Assembly (NCBI GenBank): GCA_046726415.1
Contig: JBKPAK010000107.1
Span: forward strand, 1,997 to 65,996
Direction: 5' to 3'
Source of the DNA: Candidatus Methylomirabilota bacterium
Lineage (GTDB): Bacteria; Methylomirabilota; Methylomirabilia; Rokubacteriales; CSP1-6
DNA: 64,000 nt
Positions 10,329 through 20,627 of the stretch are shown here, one piece after another. Below the pieces are notes generated by a model. That model saw only the letters and a list, made by a program, of their open reading frames with translations. It had not been told where the DNA came from and made no database searches. Positions within the stretch are counted from its first letter, which is position 1. Each line of letters starts with the position of its first letter. The translations under genes were made by a program, and so were the position numbers.

Positions 10329-10721
10329 TCAAGCGCAGCCGGATCGGGGGGCGCCGGGGGCGCGGCGGGGAACGAGCGAGCAGGCAAAGGTGGCGGGCTG
10401 CTGGAGGTACTGCTCGAGGGTGGCCGAGAGCCGCGCCAAGGTGCGGTCGCGCTTCGCGAGACCGATCGCGTAGATGGCGAGGTCGTTCACGAGCCGGGTG
10501 TAGAACACATGCTCGGCGTCACCGCCGTTGCCCATGCAGGGCGATGGCTTCTGCGCCACGCGGAGCTGCGGGCCGAAGGCGTCCACATAGGCGCGCAGGA
10601 TGGACTCGTCGCCGAGCTCGCGCGGCACCTCGGGAAAGCGCGCGAGGAACTCGTCGACGGTCATCGGCGAGCTCGCCGAGCGGCGGGAGGCTTCGACGCT
10701 CCGAGCCAGACGCACCTGCAT
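10329..10721 (-). CDS. hypothetical small protein (130 aa)
   Basis: Near-100% GC3 bias in this frame, MQVRLARSVEASRR...LVNDLAIYAIGLAKRD; a TATAAT hexamer lies 7 nt upstream of the ATG on the minus strand (complement of 10729-10734). Confidence 0.55.
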   Translation of the reverse strand: MQVRLARSVEASRRSASSPMTVDEFLARFPEVPRELGDESILRAYVDAFGPQLRVAQKPSPCMGNGGDAEHVFYTRLVNDLAIYAIGLAKRDRTLARLSATLEQYLQQPATFACSLVPRRAPGAPRSGCA

Positions 10722-10745
10722 GCCGCTATTATAGACCGGCGCCAG
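10722..10745 (-). promoter_or_regulatory. candidate -10 element (TATAAT) immediately upstream of ORF 10329-10721
   Basis: Minus strand reads GGTCTATAATAGCGGC-ATG; TATAAT lies 7 nt from the start codon and would give a leaderless or near-leaderless transcript. Confidence 0.3.
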
Positions 10746-10807
10746 TGCTCGTGGACAGCCCGCCGATCATCGGACGATCAGTAAAGAACCCGTGATGAGG
10801 CCTGGCC

Positions 10808-11986
10808 TCAGCGCTGCGCGACCTGGGCGCGCCGCGTGAATGCCGGCATGACCTCGGCGGCGAACCATTCGAGCTGCTCTAGCATCATCGCTTCCGACGC
10901 GCCCATGGGGTGGCTGACCGACACGCGCTCGAGCCCCGGGTACTGTTCCTCCAGGCGCAGCAGCGTGTCGATGATCTGTGCGGGAGGGCCACAGAGGTAG
11001 GCGCCGCTCCGGGCGGCGCCCTCGATCGTGGGCAGGCCGGCGTGCGGCGCTCGCTTCGGATCGGCCATCGCGGCGATCTGCTCGTCGGAGAGCGAGCGGA
11101 CCAGGCGCAGCGGGCCAAACATCTTGAGGTTCTCCTCGAAGTAGCCGGCGGCGGCCTTGATGGCCGACTCCTGCGTCTCGGCGAGCTGGAAATGGAATCC
11201 GACCGCGAGCCCCTCGCCAAGCTCCGTCTCGCGCCCGGCGCGGCGAAGCGCGTCGCGGTACGCCTCGATGACGCCGCGCATGGCGCCGCCCTCCGCCACG
11301 CCGCCTCCGATGAGCCCCTTGATGCCGTACTTGGCCATGAAGTCGAGTCCGCGCCGGGTGGCGCTCTGGATGGGCTGCCAGCACTCCACGGGGTGGACGG
11401 GTCGCGGCACCAGGGTGAGGTCCTCGAGATCGTAGCCGCGATAAGGGACGCGGGCGGGAATGGTGTAGTGCTTGCCCTGGTGGGAGAAGGCGGCGTTGTT
11501 GAACGCCTTGAAGATGATCTCGACCTGCTCCTCGAAGAGCTCGCGGTTGGCGGCCTGGTCGAGCAGCGGAGCCCCGAAGGTGTCGACCTCGCGGGTATGG
11601 TACCCGCGCCCGACCCCGAAGATGACGCGGCCGCCGGTCAGCACGTCCACTGCCGCGAAATCCTCGGCCAGGCGCAAGGGGTGCCACATCGGCGTGATGT
11701 TGAAGCCGCACCCCATCTTGAGCCGCTTGGTCTGGTGCGCGAGATCCAGCGCCAGCAGCAGGACGTTCGGGATGCATTCGTAACCTTCCCGCTGGAAGTG
11801 GTGCTCGGCGAGCCAGAAGGTGTCGTACCCGCACCGGTCGAGCAGCCGGGCGAGGCCGCGTGCCTTCTCGAAGGCAGTGACGAGGTGCTCGTTCGGGTAC
11901 AGGCGGCTGTTCACGGCGGAGCCGCCGTAGCCGATGTCGTCCATGTCCACGTGGCCGGCGTACAGGCTGTCGAACTTGGTGATCAT
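10808..11986 (-). CDS. LLM-class (luciferase-like) flavin/F420-dependent oxidoreductase
   Basis: 392 aa MITKFDSLYAGHVDMDD...FWLAEHHFQREGYECIPNVLLL...; a TIM-barrel LLM family signature. Confidence 0.8.
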   Translation of the reverse strand: MITKFDSLYAGHVDMDDIGYGGSAVNSRLYPNEHLVTAFEKARGLARLLDRCGYDTFWLAEHHFQREGYECIPNVLLLALDLAHQTKRLKMGCGFNITPMWHPLRLAEDFAAVDVLTGGRVIFGVGRGYHTREVDTFGAPLLDQAANRELFEEQVEIIFKAFNNAAFSHQGKHYTIPARVPYRGYDLEDLTLVPRPVHPVECWQPIQSATRRGLDFMAKYGIKGLIGGGVAEGGAMRGVIEAYRDALRRAGRETELGEGLAVGFHFQLAETQESAIKAAAGYFEENLKMFGPLRLVRSLSDEQIAAMADPKRAPHAGLPTIEGAARSGAYLCGPPAQIIDTLLRLEEQYPGLERVSVSHPMGASEAMMLEQLEWFAAEVMPAFTRRAQVAQR

Positions 11987-12012
11987 CCTTGTCCCTTCCT
12001 GTATCAGCTAGA

Positions 12013-12819
12013 TTAGCTCGAGAAGAACTCCAGCATCAGACGATTGACTGCGGAGGCGTTCTCGTACGCCGACCAGTGGCCGGCTCCGGGAATTCGGTGC
12101 AGGTCGAGGGGGCGGACGGCCTCGCGGATCTCGCCGATTAGCAGATCGGCGGGCCGAAACGGGGAATCGTCGCGCTCACCCCAGAGCAGCCGGATCCGAC
12201 AGTTGAGCCAAGCGAGATCGTCCAGGAGGGTCCCGCCGCCGCTTACCTTACGGCTGTTGAAGCGTGCGCGACGCACGCAGTCGACCTGGATGTCGACCGT
12301 GTCCTCGCTGACACTGGCGGGATCGCTGAGCATGTTGACCAGCAGATTGTGGCGGCAGATCTCGCGGAACAGCTTCTCGTCGCCGGCCGCCTCCTTGTAG
12401 CTCCGGGTCGGCCGGTCGCCGAAGCGGCGGGTGCGGAAGCCAGCGGGCGAGATCAGGGCCAGATGGGTCACCCGCGGGGCTAGCCGCCGGGCCAGGTTTG
12501 CCGCGATGGCCCCCCCGAACGAGAACCCGGCAAATCGGAGCGGGCCATCGCCCGGGAACATCTCGACGAACAGTTCATGCGCGAGATCGAGGTACGCCGC
12601 TCCGGTCGTCTCGCGCGGGACGGACGCCGAGGCGCCGTACGACGGGTGATCGAGCGCATGCACGGTGAAGCGCGAGGCGAGCGGTTCGATGTTTCGGATC
12701 CAGTGCTTCCACGACCCCATGCCACCGTGAAAGAGGACGACGTCCGGCCCGCTGCCGCTCCGGTGTACCGCCATCCTGGGGGCCGAGCTTCCGCGCAGGA
12801 AGGGGTCCTCCACGATCAC
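12013..12819 (-). CDS. alpha/beta hydrolase fold protein
   Basis: HGGMGSW... oxyanion region and GFSFGG nucleophile elbow; start could alternatively be the internal MAVHRSGSG. Confidence 0.75.
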   Translation of the reverse strand: MIVEDPFLRGSSAPRMAVHRSGSGPDVVLFHGGMGSWKHWIRNIEPLASRFTVHALDHPSYGASASVPRETTGAAYLDLAHELFVEMFPGDGPLRFAGFSFGGAIAANLARRLAPRVTHLALISPAGFRTRRFGDRPTRSYKEAAGDEKLFREICRHNLLVNMLSDPASVSEDTVDIQVDCVRRARFNSRKVSGGGTLLDDLAWLNCRIRLLWGERDDSPFRPADLLIGEIREAVRPLDLHRIPGAGHWSAYENASAVNRLMLEFFSS

Positions 12820-13030
12820 GTCCGCTCACCGCGGTTGGCAATCCAGACGCCGAAGGTCATCGGGCCTCCCCGTATTGATCGCTCTCGGTCAGATCCCCAC
12901 AGAATAGCCGGTTCGGGCCCTGTCGTGACGCCGGCATGCGCAAGCCGCCGCGCGCGGCGAAGCCAAGTCGAGGTCGTGAGTCGGGTATCATCGAGCGATT
13001 CGAGGTCGCGACGAAACAGGGAGAGACCAA

Positions 13031-13489
13031 ATGGCGGTCGACCAGAGCTTCATCGGCAGTAAGGGCGAACCCGTGACCATGCACGTGGAGCGCGGGAAGA
13101 TCCGGGAGTTCGCCCGGGCGATCAAAGACGACGACCCGCTCTACTTCGACGAGGCATACGCCGAGCGCGAGGCCGGCGGGATCATGCCGCCGGTGACGTT
13201 CTTGCAGACCGCCACTCACTGGGACGATGGGCGCGGGCGGCCACGCGTGCCCTTCGACCTCAAGCGGGTCCTGCACGGCGAGCAGGAATACGAGTTCCTC
13301 GCGCCGATCCACGCGGGCGACGTGCTCACGGCCGTGAGCACGGTGGTGGACGTGTACGAAAAGCCGGGCAAGCGTGGCGGGAACATGAACTTCGCGGTGA
13401 CCGAGACCGAGTACCGCAACCAGCAGGGGATCTTGGTGGCCCGCGCGCGTTCGGTCACCATCGAGACTGGCCAGGTCGTCAAGGACTGA
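13031..13489 (+). CDS. hotdog-fold protein, FAS1-like/MaoC N-terminal dehydratase subunit (HadA-like)
   Basis: 152 aa MAVDQSFIGSKGEPVTMHVERGKIREFARAIKDDDPLYFDEAYA...; pairs with the downstream MaoC-like gene. Confidence 0.7.
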   Translation: MAVDQSFIGSKGEPVTMHVERGKIREFARAIKDDDPLYFDEAYAEREAGGIMPPVTFLQTATHWDDGRGRPRVPFDLKRVLHGEQEYEFLAPIHAGDVLTAVSTVVDVYEKPGKRGGNMNFAVTETEYRNQQGILVARARSVTIETGQVVKD

Positions 13490-13508
13490 GGGGCACGGAG
13501 GAAGCACC

Positions 13509-13943
13509 ATGGCCACGGCCAAGCGATACTGGGAAGACGTGAAGGAAGGGGAGGCTTTGCCGGAGGTGCGCGTGGAGAAGCTCACGCGGACCGACTTTGT
13601 GAAGTATGCGGGCGCGTCGGGCGACTTCAACCCGATCCACCACGATCAGACGTTCGCCGAGGCGTCTGGCAATCCGACCGTGTTCGCGATGGGCATGCTC
13701 AACGCGGGCATCCTGAGCCGCGTGATCACGTCGTTCGCGGGCCGGCCCAACGTCCGACGCTACAAGGTGCGCTTTGCCACCCGCGCCTGGCCGGGTGACG
13801 ACATCGTCTGCCGGGGCCGTGTCACCCGCAAGCTCGAGCAGGGCGGCGAGAAGCTCGTCGAGGGTGAGCTCGAGGCCGTCAACCAGAAGGGGGAACCCCT
13901 GATCAGTGGCCACTTCGTGGCGGCCTTGCCCTCCCGCGGGTGA
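13509..13943 (+). CDS. MaoC-like (R)-specific dehydratase hotdog subunit (HadB-like)
   Basis: 144 aa with the hydratase-2 motif GDFNPIHHDQTFAEASG. Confidence 0.75.
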   Translation: MATAKRYWEDVKEGEALPEVRVEKLTRTDFVKYAGASGDFNPIHHDQTFAEASGNPTVFAMGMLNAGILSRVITSFAGRPNVRRYKVRFATRAWPGDDIVCRGRVTRKLEQGGEKLVEGELEAVNQKGEPLISGHFVAALPSRG

Positions 13944-15129
13944 GACTTCGCCCGTGATCGTCTCCCGGGCCGTCACCGACAATCTGGCCAAGGCGTCGTG
14001 GATCCGCCGCATGTTCGAGGAGGGCGCTCGCCTCAAGCAGGAGCGCGGCGTCGACAAGGTCTTCGACTTTACCCTGGGCAATCCAGAGATCGAGCCGCCG
14101 CCCGCCGTGCTGGCCGCCGCGCGGCGCGTGCTCGAGAGCGATGCGCCACACCTGCACGCCTACATGCCCAACGCCGGCCATCCCAAGGTCCGCGAAGCCG
14201 TGGCACGGCGGCTCGTCGCGTCCACCGGGCTCCCGTACACGGCGAATCACGTCCTCATGACCGTAGGCGCCGGGGCCGCGCTGAACACCGTGTTGAAGGC
14301 ACTGCTCGATCCCGGGGATGAGGTCCTTACGGTGGCGCCCTTCTTCGCCGAGTACACCTTCTACGCCGAGAACCACGGGGGAAGGCTGGTGGTAGTACCG
14401 CCCAAGGCCGACCTCACCCCCGACGTCGCCAAACTGGCCGCCGCCATCACCCCGCGGACGCGCGCCATCCTGGTCAACTCGCCGAACAATCCGAGCGGTG
14501 TCATCTATCCCGCGTCGACGTTCGTCGAGATCGAAGCGCTGCTCGTCCGCTCCACCCGCCCTATCGTGCTCATCAGCGACGAGCCCTACCGCGCTCTCGT
14601 CTTCGACGACGTCGTGGTGCCCGAGGTGCCGCCGCTGGTCGCGCGCTCGATCGTGGCGACATCCTGGTCCAAGGCGCTGGCCATTCCCGGGGAGCGCATC
14701 GGCTATCTGGCCTTCTCCCCACGCATGCCGGAGGCGGCGGCGCTCTTCGAGGCCTGCACATTCACCAGCAGGGTGCTCGGCTTCGTGAATGCGCCAGCGC
14801 TGTGGCAGTGGGTGGTGGCGGAGGTGGGCGATCAGGTGATCGACGTGGCGCCCTATCGCGAGAAGCGCGATCTCATGTACGAGGGCCTGATCCGCATCGG
14901 CTACCAGTGCGTGAAGCCCCAGGGCGCCTTCTACGTGTTCCCGCGCACGCCCATCGACGACGACGTGGCCTTCGTCCGCTTGCTGGCGGATGAAGGGGTC
15001 CTGACGGTGCCCGGCTCCGGCTTCGGCATGCCCGGCCACATTCGCATCTCGCTCACGGTAGAGCGCGGCACCGTGGTGCGCGCGCTCCCCGGCTTCGAGC
15101 GCGCGTTTCACCGAGCCCGCCTGGCGTAG
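13906..15129 (+). CDS. pyridoxal-phosphate-dependent aminotransferase, class I/II
   Basis: LGNPEIEPPP..., SPNNPSG, and SWSKAL (Schiff-base Lys region); overlaps the upstream gene by 38 nt at ATG 13906, with an alternative GTG start at 13954. Confidence 0.8.
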   Translation: MATSWRPCPPAGETSPVIVSRAVTDNLAKASWIRRMFEEGARLKQERGVDKVFDFTLGNPEIEPPPAVLAAARRVLESDAPHLHAYMPNAGHPKVREAVARRLVASTGLPYTANHVLMTVGAGAALNTVLKALLDPGDEVLTVAPFFAEYTFYAENHGGRLVVVPPKADLTPDVAKLAAAITPRTRAILVNSPNNPSGVIYPASTFVEIEALLVRSTRPIVLISDEPYRALVFDDVVVPEVPPLVARSIVATSWSKALAIPGERIGYLAFSPRMPEAAALFEACTFTSRVLGFVNAPALWQWVVAEVGDQVIDVAPYREKRDLMYEGLIRIGYQCVKPQGAFYVFPRTPIDDDVAFVRLLADEGVLTVPGSGFGMPGHIRISLTVERGTVVRALPGFERAFHRARLA

Positions 15130-15388
15130 GCATAATCCGCATCCGCGCGCGTCTCTCTGGCCGGCGCGCGGCTCGTCTGCTGGCCGTTCTCGCCCCCCAG
15201 GCCGCCATGGGACCTTGGCGACGCCTCGCCCGCCTTTCCCGCGGGAGAGGCGCTGTACCGCACCTCCTCTTGACTTCGCCAGTGCCGTGTGGGACGTTCG
15301 CGGCCACTCGTGGCCGGTGCCGCACCGGTTGGTTCTCGGGTCCGCAGGTTTCCCTTCATCGGAGCGCACGACAGGGAAGGAGAGCCAG

Positions 15389-17083
15389 ATGGCTTCGACC
15401 GACCCCCGTCCGACCCCCCGGCCCTTTGTGACGCGGCGAGACTTCCTGCAGCGCGTGGGATGGACCACCGCCGGCATGACCGCGCTGGCTGTCGGCGCGA
15501 GCCGCGGTCGTCCGGCCGCTCAGCCGGCGCCATATCCCGACTGGATTCCCGCCAGCCCCAAGCCGCCGAAGCGAGGCGGGGTCCTCACGCGGGCGTCGGC
15601 TTGGGATCCGCCGGTGATCGACCCGCGGCTCACCCAGTCCGTCGGGCTGTTCCAGTTTGCCGGGCTCACCAGCAATCGCCTCCTGCGCCATGCGTTTTCG
15701 GACGAGGCGGCGGGTTACACCGACCTGAGCCTCAAGGGAGATCTCGCCGAGTCCTGGCAGGGAAGCTCGGACCAGCGCCAATGGACGTTCAAGCTGCGCC
15801 GGGGCGTCAAGTGGCAGAACGTGCCGCCGCTCAAAGGGCGCGAGCTAGTCGCCGCCGACGTCAAGTACTGTTTCGAGGCCTACGCGAAGGAGGGCGTGCA
15901 GGCGTTCACCTTCCAGGAAATCGAGGGCATGGAGACGCCCGACACACACACGCTGCGCGTCCACCTCAAGACGCCCAATGCGCTGTTCCCGCAGAACGTC
16001 GCCGAGCCCGTCTCGGTGATCTTTGCACGCGAGGTCCTCGAGGAGGACGGCGATCTCAAGAAGCGGCTGATCGGCACCGGACCCTACATCCTCAAGGAAC
16101 ACACCCGCAAGGTGCGCGTTGTGCTTCAGCGGAACCCCGACTACTTCGACACAGGTCGCCCCTACGTCGACGAATATGTCATCCTCTCGGCGCCAGACTC
16201 TGCCACCCGCATGGCCGCGTTCCGCACCGGCCAGAGCGATTTCCTGCCCCTGCAGGGCGCGTCCGAGGTGGAAGCCGTTCGCAAGACGAATCCCACCGCC
16301 GTCGTGCAGGCGCTCACACCCTCGATCACGCCGTTCGGCCTAGCGCTGGCCCAGGATCGGCCGCCGTTCAACGACGTGCGCGTCCGCCGCGCCCTCTCGA
16401 TGGCCATCGACCGCCAGAAGCAGGTGGACACGGTGTACGAGGGCCACGGCATCGTCACCTCGGGCGTGCCGTGGATCTACTACCAGGACGCGAAGCCCAC
16501 GGCGAAGGATCTCGGCCCCTGGTGGCAGTACCGTCCCGCCGACGCCAAGAAGCTCCTGGCCGAAGCCGGTCACCCGAACGGCTTCGAGACGACGCTGTTC
16601 TATTACGAATACTTCCCGCAGATGACCTCCCAGGTGCAGCTCGTCCAGCAAGACCTCAAGAAGAACCTCAACATCAACGCCAAGATCAGCAAGCTCGACT
16701 ACACGAGCTATTACGGGCGATACGTCGAGGGCAAGTGGGACGGGATGGCCTGGGGCTTCCAGTCCGGGCACGCGGTGGGCCTCGACGAGCGAACATACGT
16801 ATACATGCACTCGAAGTCCACCAAGAACTTCTTCCGCGTCAACGATCCGGTCATCGACGAGCTGACTGTGAAGCTCCGGCAGACGCCCGACCGGGCCGAG
16901 CAGCGCGCGACTGCCAGAAGGATCGTGGACCGGGAGTACGACCAGGTGCTGCGGATGTGGATGCCCCACGGCTCCAACTTCGTGCTTTTCCAGCCTTACC
17001 TGAGGAACATGGCCGGCGGCGTCCTGCGCGGCACCGTCGGGTATGGCTCGCCGACCATCGCCCGGCTCTGGATCGACCAGTAG
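15389..17083 (+). CDS. ABC transporter substrate-binding protein, family 5, Tat-secreted, with no adjacent permease or ATPase genes
   Basis: MASTDPRPTPRPFVTRRDFLQRVGWTTAGMTALAVGA carries a twin-arginine motif; RBS GAAGGAGAG before ATG 15389. Confidence 0.8.
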   Translation: MASTDPRPTPRPFVTRRDFLQRVGWTTAGMTALAVGASRGRPAAQPAPYPDWIPASPKPPKRGGVLTRASAWDPPVIDPRLTQSVGLFQFAGLTSNRLLRHAFSDEAAGYTDLSLKGDLAESWQGSSDQRQWTFKLRRGVKWQNVPPLKGRELVAADVKYCFEAYAKEGVQAFTFQEIEGMETPDTHTLRVHLKTPNALFPQNVAEPVSVIFAREVLEEDGDLKKRLIGTGPYILKEHTRKVRVVLQRNPDYFDTGRPYVDEYVILSAPDSATRMAAFRTGQSDFLPLQGASEVEAVRKTNPTAVVQALTPSITPFGLALAQDRPPFNDVRVRRALSMAIDRQKQVDTVYEGHGIVTSGVPWIYYQDAKPTAKDLGPWWQYRPADAKKLLAEAGHPNGFETTLFYYEYFPQMTSQVQLVQQDLKKNLNINAKISKLDYTSYYGRYVEGKWDGMAWGFQSGHAVGLDERTYVYMHSKSTKNFFRVNDPVIDELTVKLRQTPDRAEQRATARRIVDREYDQVLRMWMPHGSNFVLFQPYLRNMAGGVLRGTVGYGSPTIARLWIDQ

Positions 17084-17229
17084 CCGCGCGGCCGGAGATC
17101 TCGGAAGAAGCCCGGCCGGACGCCTTTTCACAAACCTCCGGCGCCGGGGTCCCACCAAGAGCAGGGGACTGACCTTCGGCCCCTGACTCGCGCGCTCGGT
17201 CGCGCCGGCCGAGACAGGTTCGGTGGGAG

Positions 17230-18078
17230 ATGACGGCCAGGACGATATTGCGTCACGCCTCGATCTCGGTGATCGACCGCCGGTGTAGCGCCGCACCCGG
17301 CGAGGCGTCGTTCGCCGAACGGCACGGGGGTTTCTCCATCTCCTACGTGCGGAACGGCAGCTTCGGGTATCGCACCCGGGGTGAATCGTTCGAGCTCGTG
17401 GCCGGGTCGATCCTGGTCGGCTATCCCGGCGACGAGTACATGTGCACCCACGACCACGTTCACGGGGACCAATGTCTCTCCTTCCACCTAGCGCCAGCGC
17501 TGGTCGAAACGATCGGCGATCGGACGGACGTCTGGCGGAGAGGCGCGGTGCCGCCGCTGCCCGAGATGATGGTGCTCGGCGAGCTCGCGCAGACGGCGGC
17601 CGAGGGGAGAAGCGACGTCGCCCTCGACGAGGTGGGCATGTGGCTCGTCGCCCGCTTCGTCGAGGTGGTCTCCGGGCGGGCGCGAAAATCGTGGGCCGCG
17701 CCGGCGCGCGACCGCCGTCGCGCGGTGGAAGCGGCGCTCTGGATGGACGCGCACTCGCACGAGCCCATCGATCTCGATCGCGCCGCGAGCGAGGTCGGGC
17801 TCAGCTCGTTTCACTTCCTGCGGGTCTTCGCAAACGTTCTGGGAGTGACGCCCCACCAGTACCTGGTCCGCTCCCGCCTGCGCCGCGCGGCGCGCCTGCT
17901 GGCCGACCACGCACGATCGATCACCGGCATCGCGCTCGACGTTGGATTCGCCGACCTCTCCAACTTCGTGCGCACGTTCCATCGCGCCGCCGGAGTCTCG
18001 CCTCGAAGCTTCCGCCAGACTGCCGGAGGAGATCGCAAGATTTTCCAAGATCGCCTGGCCGCGCGCTCCCTAGGATGA
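17230..18078 (+). CDS. AraC-family transcriptional regulator
   Basis: C-terminal HTH: [30 protein letters not shown]...[20 protein letters not shown]. Confidence 0.8.
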   Translation: MTARTILRHASISVIDRRCSAAPGEASFAERHGGFSISYVRNGSFGYRTRGESFELVAGSILVGYPGDEYMCTHDHVHGDQCLSFHLAPALVETIGDRTDVWRRGAVPPLPEMMVLGELAQTAAEGRSDVALDEVGMWLVARFVEVVSGRARKSWAAPARDRRRAVEAALWMDAHSHEPIDLDRAASEVGLSSFHFLRVFANVLGVTPHQYLVRSRLRRAARLLADHARSITGIALDVGFADLSNFVRTFHRAAGVSPRSFRQTAGGDRKIFQDRLAARSLG

Positions 18079-18097
18079 CCTGAGGAGGAACAGACCC

Positions 18098-18505
18098 ATG
18101 GCTTCCATCCGCAAGGAAATCCCGCTCAAGGTCAGCGCCGAGAGCGTCTGGGCCGCGGTTCGCGACGTCGGCGCGCTCCACCAGCGGCTGGTGCCGGGCT
18201 TCGTCGTCGACACTCGTCTCGAAGCAGACGCCCGGCTGGTCACCTTCGGGAACGGCATGGTGATTCGCGAGCTGATCGTCGACCTCGACGACGAGGCTCG
18301 CCGGCTGGCATGGTCCGCGCGGGGGGGACGGCTCACGCACCACAACGCGTCGGCGCAGGTCTTCACCGACGGCGAGGGACGCAGCCGGCTCGTGTGGATC
18401 GCCGATCTGCTACCCCATGAGCTCGCCGGCGACATTCGCGCGATGATCGAGCAGGCGGCCGCCGTCATGAAGCCGACCTTGGAGGGTCGAACCAGGCAGG
18501 GCTGA
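18098..18505 (+). CDS. SRPBCC-superfamily protein (polyketide cyclase/AHSA1-like)
   Basis: 135 aa MASIRKEIPLKVSAESVWAAVRDVGALHQRL...; RBS GAGGAGGAAC upstream. Confidence 0.7.
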   Translation: MASIRKEIPLKVSAESVWAAVRDVGALHQRLVPGFVVDTRLEADARLVTFGNGMVIRELIVDLDDEARRLAWSARGGRLTHHNASAQVFTDGEGRSRLVWIADLLPHELAGDIRAMIEQAAAVMKPTLEGRTRQG

Positions 18506-18508
18506 GGC

Positions 18509-19006
18509 ATGCCGCACCCGCTGGTGACGCAGCTCCGGTTCTCCCGCGGCGAATGGATCCGCGGGCTTAAGGCCGTGACCGCCGAGGAGGCGGCACGGCG
18601 CTTCGGCCCGGTCAATCCGATCGCCTGGATGATCGGCCACCTCGCGTGGCAGGAGCAGCTCTACTGGCTCGAGCGGGCCCAGGGCACGACGGTGGTGCGC
18701 GAGGTGAAGCAGTTCGGCTACGGCAAGCCGCTCAGCGTGCCGCCGCTCGAGCAAGCGTGGGCGTGGTGGCGCGCCGTCACCACCGCCGCCGATCCGTACC
18801 TCGACATCCTCGCCGGGGCGCAGCTCACGCAGCGCTGGAAGCGCGAGCCCTCGACGGAGACGCCGGGTACGAAGCTCCACCGCACGACCTATCACTACTG
18901 GTTCCACCTCGGCGAGTCGCAGGCCATACGACAGATGCTCGGGCACGCGAAGCTACCCGACTTCGTCGGCGGCTTCGGGAAGTCCCAATACCGCCCGGAG
19001 AGCTAG
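18509..19006 (+). CDS. DinB/YfiT-like (DinB_2) metal-dependent four-helix-bundle protein
   Basis: 165 aa with His-containing motifs ...IGHLAWQEQ..., ...YHYWFHLGESQ...; starts 4 nt after the SRPBCC stop. Confidence 0.65.
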   Translation: MPHPLVTQLRFSRGEWIRGLKAVTAEEAARRFGPVNPIAWMIGHLAWQEQLYWLERAQGTTVVREVKQFGYGKPLSVPPLEQAWAWWRAVTTAADPYLDILAGAQLTQRWKREPSTETPGTKLHRTTYHYWFHLGESQAIRQMLGHAKLPDFVGGFGKSQYRPES

Positions 19007-20255
19007 CTAATTCGCGGGGGCGGCGCGCCAGATCCGGCGCGCGCCCTTGTCGACATTGAGCGCCACGATCGACGCGCCCACGAGGAACAAGCACGCCAGC
19101 GCGAACGCGGCGCCGTAGCCGCCCGTCGTCTCGAACAGGATACCGGCGAGTGCCGAGCCGATGGCCGAGCCGGTCTGGTGCACGAGGAAGATCAGGCCGA
19201 AGACCGAGCTGACCGAGAAGCGTCCGTAGATGTCGGCAGTCAGCGCTGAGGTCATCGAGCCTGTTCCCGCCATCGTGATCCCGCCGAGGATGGCCGTCGC
19301 GAGGATCGCCACCGGGTTGTCGCGGATGAGGAAGAATCCGGCAAAGATGAGGACGCGGCCGGCGTAGATCGCGGCGAGCACGGGCCGGCGACCAAGGCGG
19401 TCGGACAGCGCGCCGAGCATCACCGTGAACCCGATGCTCGAGCCGCCGAGCACGCCCAGGGCCCACGAGGCGAACATCGGTGTGTAACCGTGATCGGTCA
19501 GCATCGGGATCCCGTGTGCGGAGAGCAGGCTCATCGAGAAGCCACAGGTGAAGAACGAGCCGGCGAGCTGCCAGAAGGCGAGCGTCTGCAGCGCCTCGCC
19601 GGCGGTGACGCGCTCGACCGGAGCCGCGCTGGCACCGGCCTTCAGGGCGCCGCCGTCGGCAGTCAGCCCGAGCGACTCCGGTGAGTCGCGGACCACCCAC
19701 AGGCACAGGGGCAGCACGACCGCCAGGATGCCCCCCGCGATGAGCATGTACGTGGTGCGCCACCCGGTGGTGAGGATGAGCCAGGTCACGCCAGGAACGA
19801 GGAGACTCATCCCGGTCATTGACGCGCTGCCCAGCACAGAGAGCGCCGTGCCGCGGCGCTTGCTGAACCACCGCGCGACCACCCCGGAGGCGATGACGGG
19901 CCCGGTGCCGGCGAGCCCGAGCGGTACGAGCACCCCGTACACGGCGGCGAACTCCCAGACGTTGCGCACCATGGCGGTCAGCACGAGCGAGATCACCAGC
20001 AGCACGGTGCCGGCCAGGGTGACCACGCGCACGCTGAAGCGGTCGAGCAACATGCCCGCTAACGGCATGAAGACGCCGTACAGGAAGAGGCTCAGGGCGA
20101 TCACCGCGGAGAAGCTCGCGCGATCGAGGCCGAGATCGGCGACGATCGGCTTGAGAAACGGCCCGACCGCGTGACGGACTCCCGTCGACATGAACGTCAT
20201 GACGGAGAACGCCGCGACCACCCACCACCCGTAGAAGATCGATCGCTGAGTCATG
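19007..20255 (-). CDS. MFS transporter (OFA-like)
   Basis: MTQRSIFYGWWVVAAFSVMTFMSTG... with 12 predicted TM segments; paralogous to 56403-57713. The ORF-track 5-prime extension to 20791 is spurious because TGA precedes the next gene. Confidence 0.8.
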
Positions 20256-20283
20256 CCGTCCGCACTATATCCCAGCCGGACCT

Positions 20284-20592
20284 TCAACCGAGCACGCGCG
20301 TGTAGGTGGCCTCGTCGAAGCCGACGATCAGCGTGCGCCCCGTCTTGAGCGTGGGCGCCCGCAGATTGCCGGTCGGCCCGAGCAACAGGCCGAGCAACTC
20401 GGCCCGCGGTGGCTTCTGGCGTCGCAAGTCGATGTGCACGACTCGCTGGCCCTTCGCCGCATAGATCTCGTCCACATCCTTCAGCACGCCAAGTGCGTCG
20501 TCTCCCTTGACGGTGGCTTTTTTGGCATCGGTCTGGGCGGCCACGGCGACCTTGTGCTTGGCAAGGAACCCTTGCGTCTTGGCGCAGGTCAT
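20284..20592 (-). CDS. small thioredoxin-fold protein, ArsC/Spx/YffB-like (tentative)
   Basis: 102 aa MTCAKTQGFLAKHKV...LGPTGNLRAPTLKTGRTLIVGFDEATY; good GC3; in-frame TGA immediately upstream of the ATG. Confidence 0.45.
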   Translation of the reverse strand: MTCAKTQGFLAKHKVAVAAQTDAKKATVKGDDALGVLKDVDEIYAAKGQRVVHIDLRRQKPPRAELLGLLLGPTGNLRAPTLKTGRTLIVGFDEATYTRVLG

Positions 20593-20627
20593 TCAGCCGT
20601 TCCGGTGATAGCTCCACTCCACGGTGC

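Noticed and set aside
10767-12016. Alternative long ORFs (355 aa minus, 368 aa plus) overlapping the LLM oxidoreductase
   Set aside because: These are other frames or strands of a region whose protein-like translation and GC3 bias belong to the 392-aa LLM frame.
13903-15477. 524-aa minus-strand ORF
   Set aside because: Antisense shadow of the aminotransferase gene.
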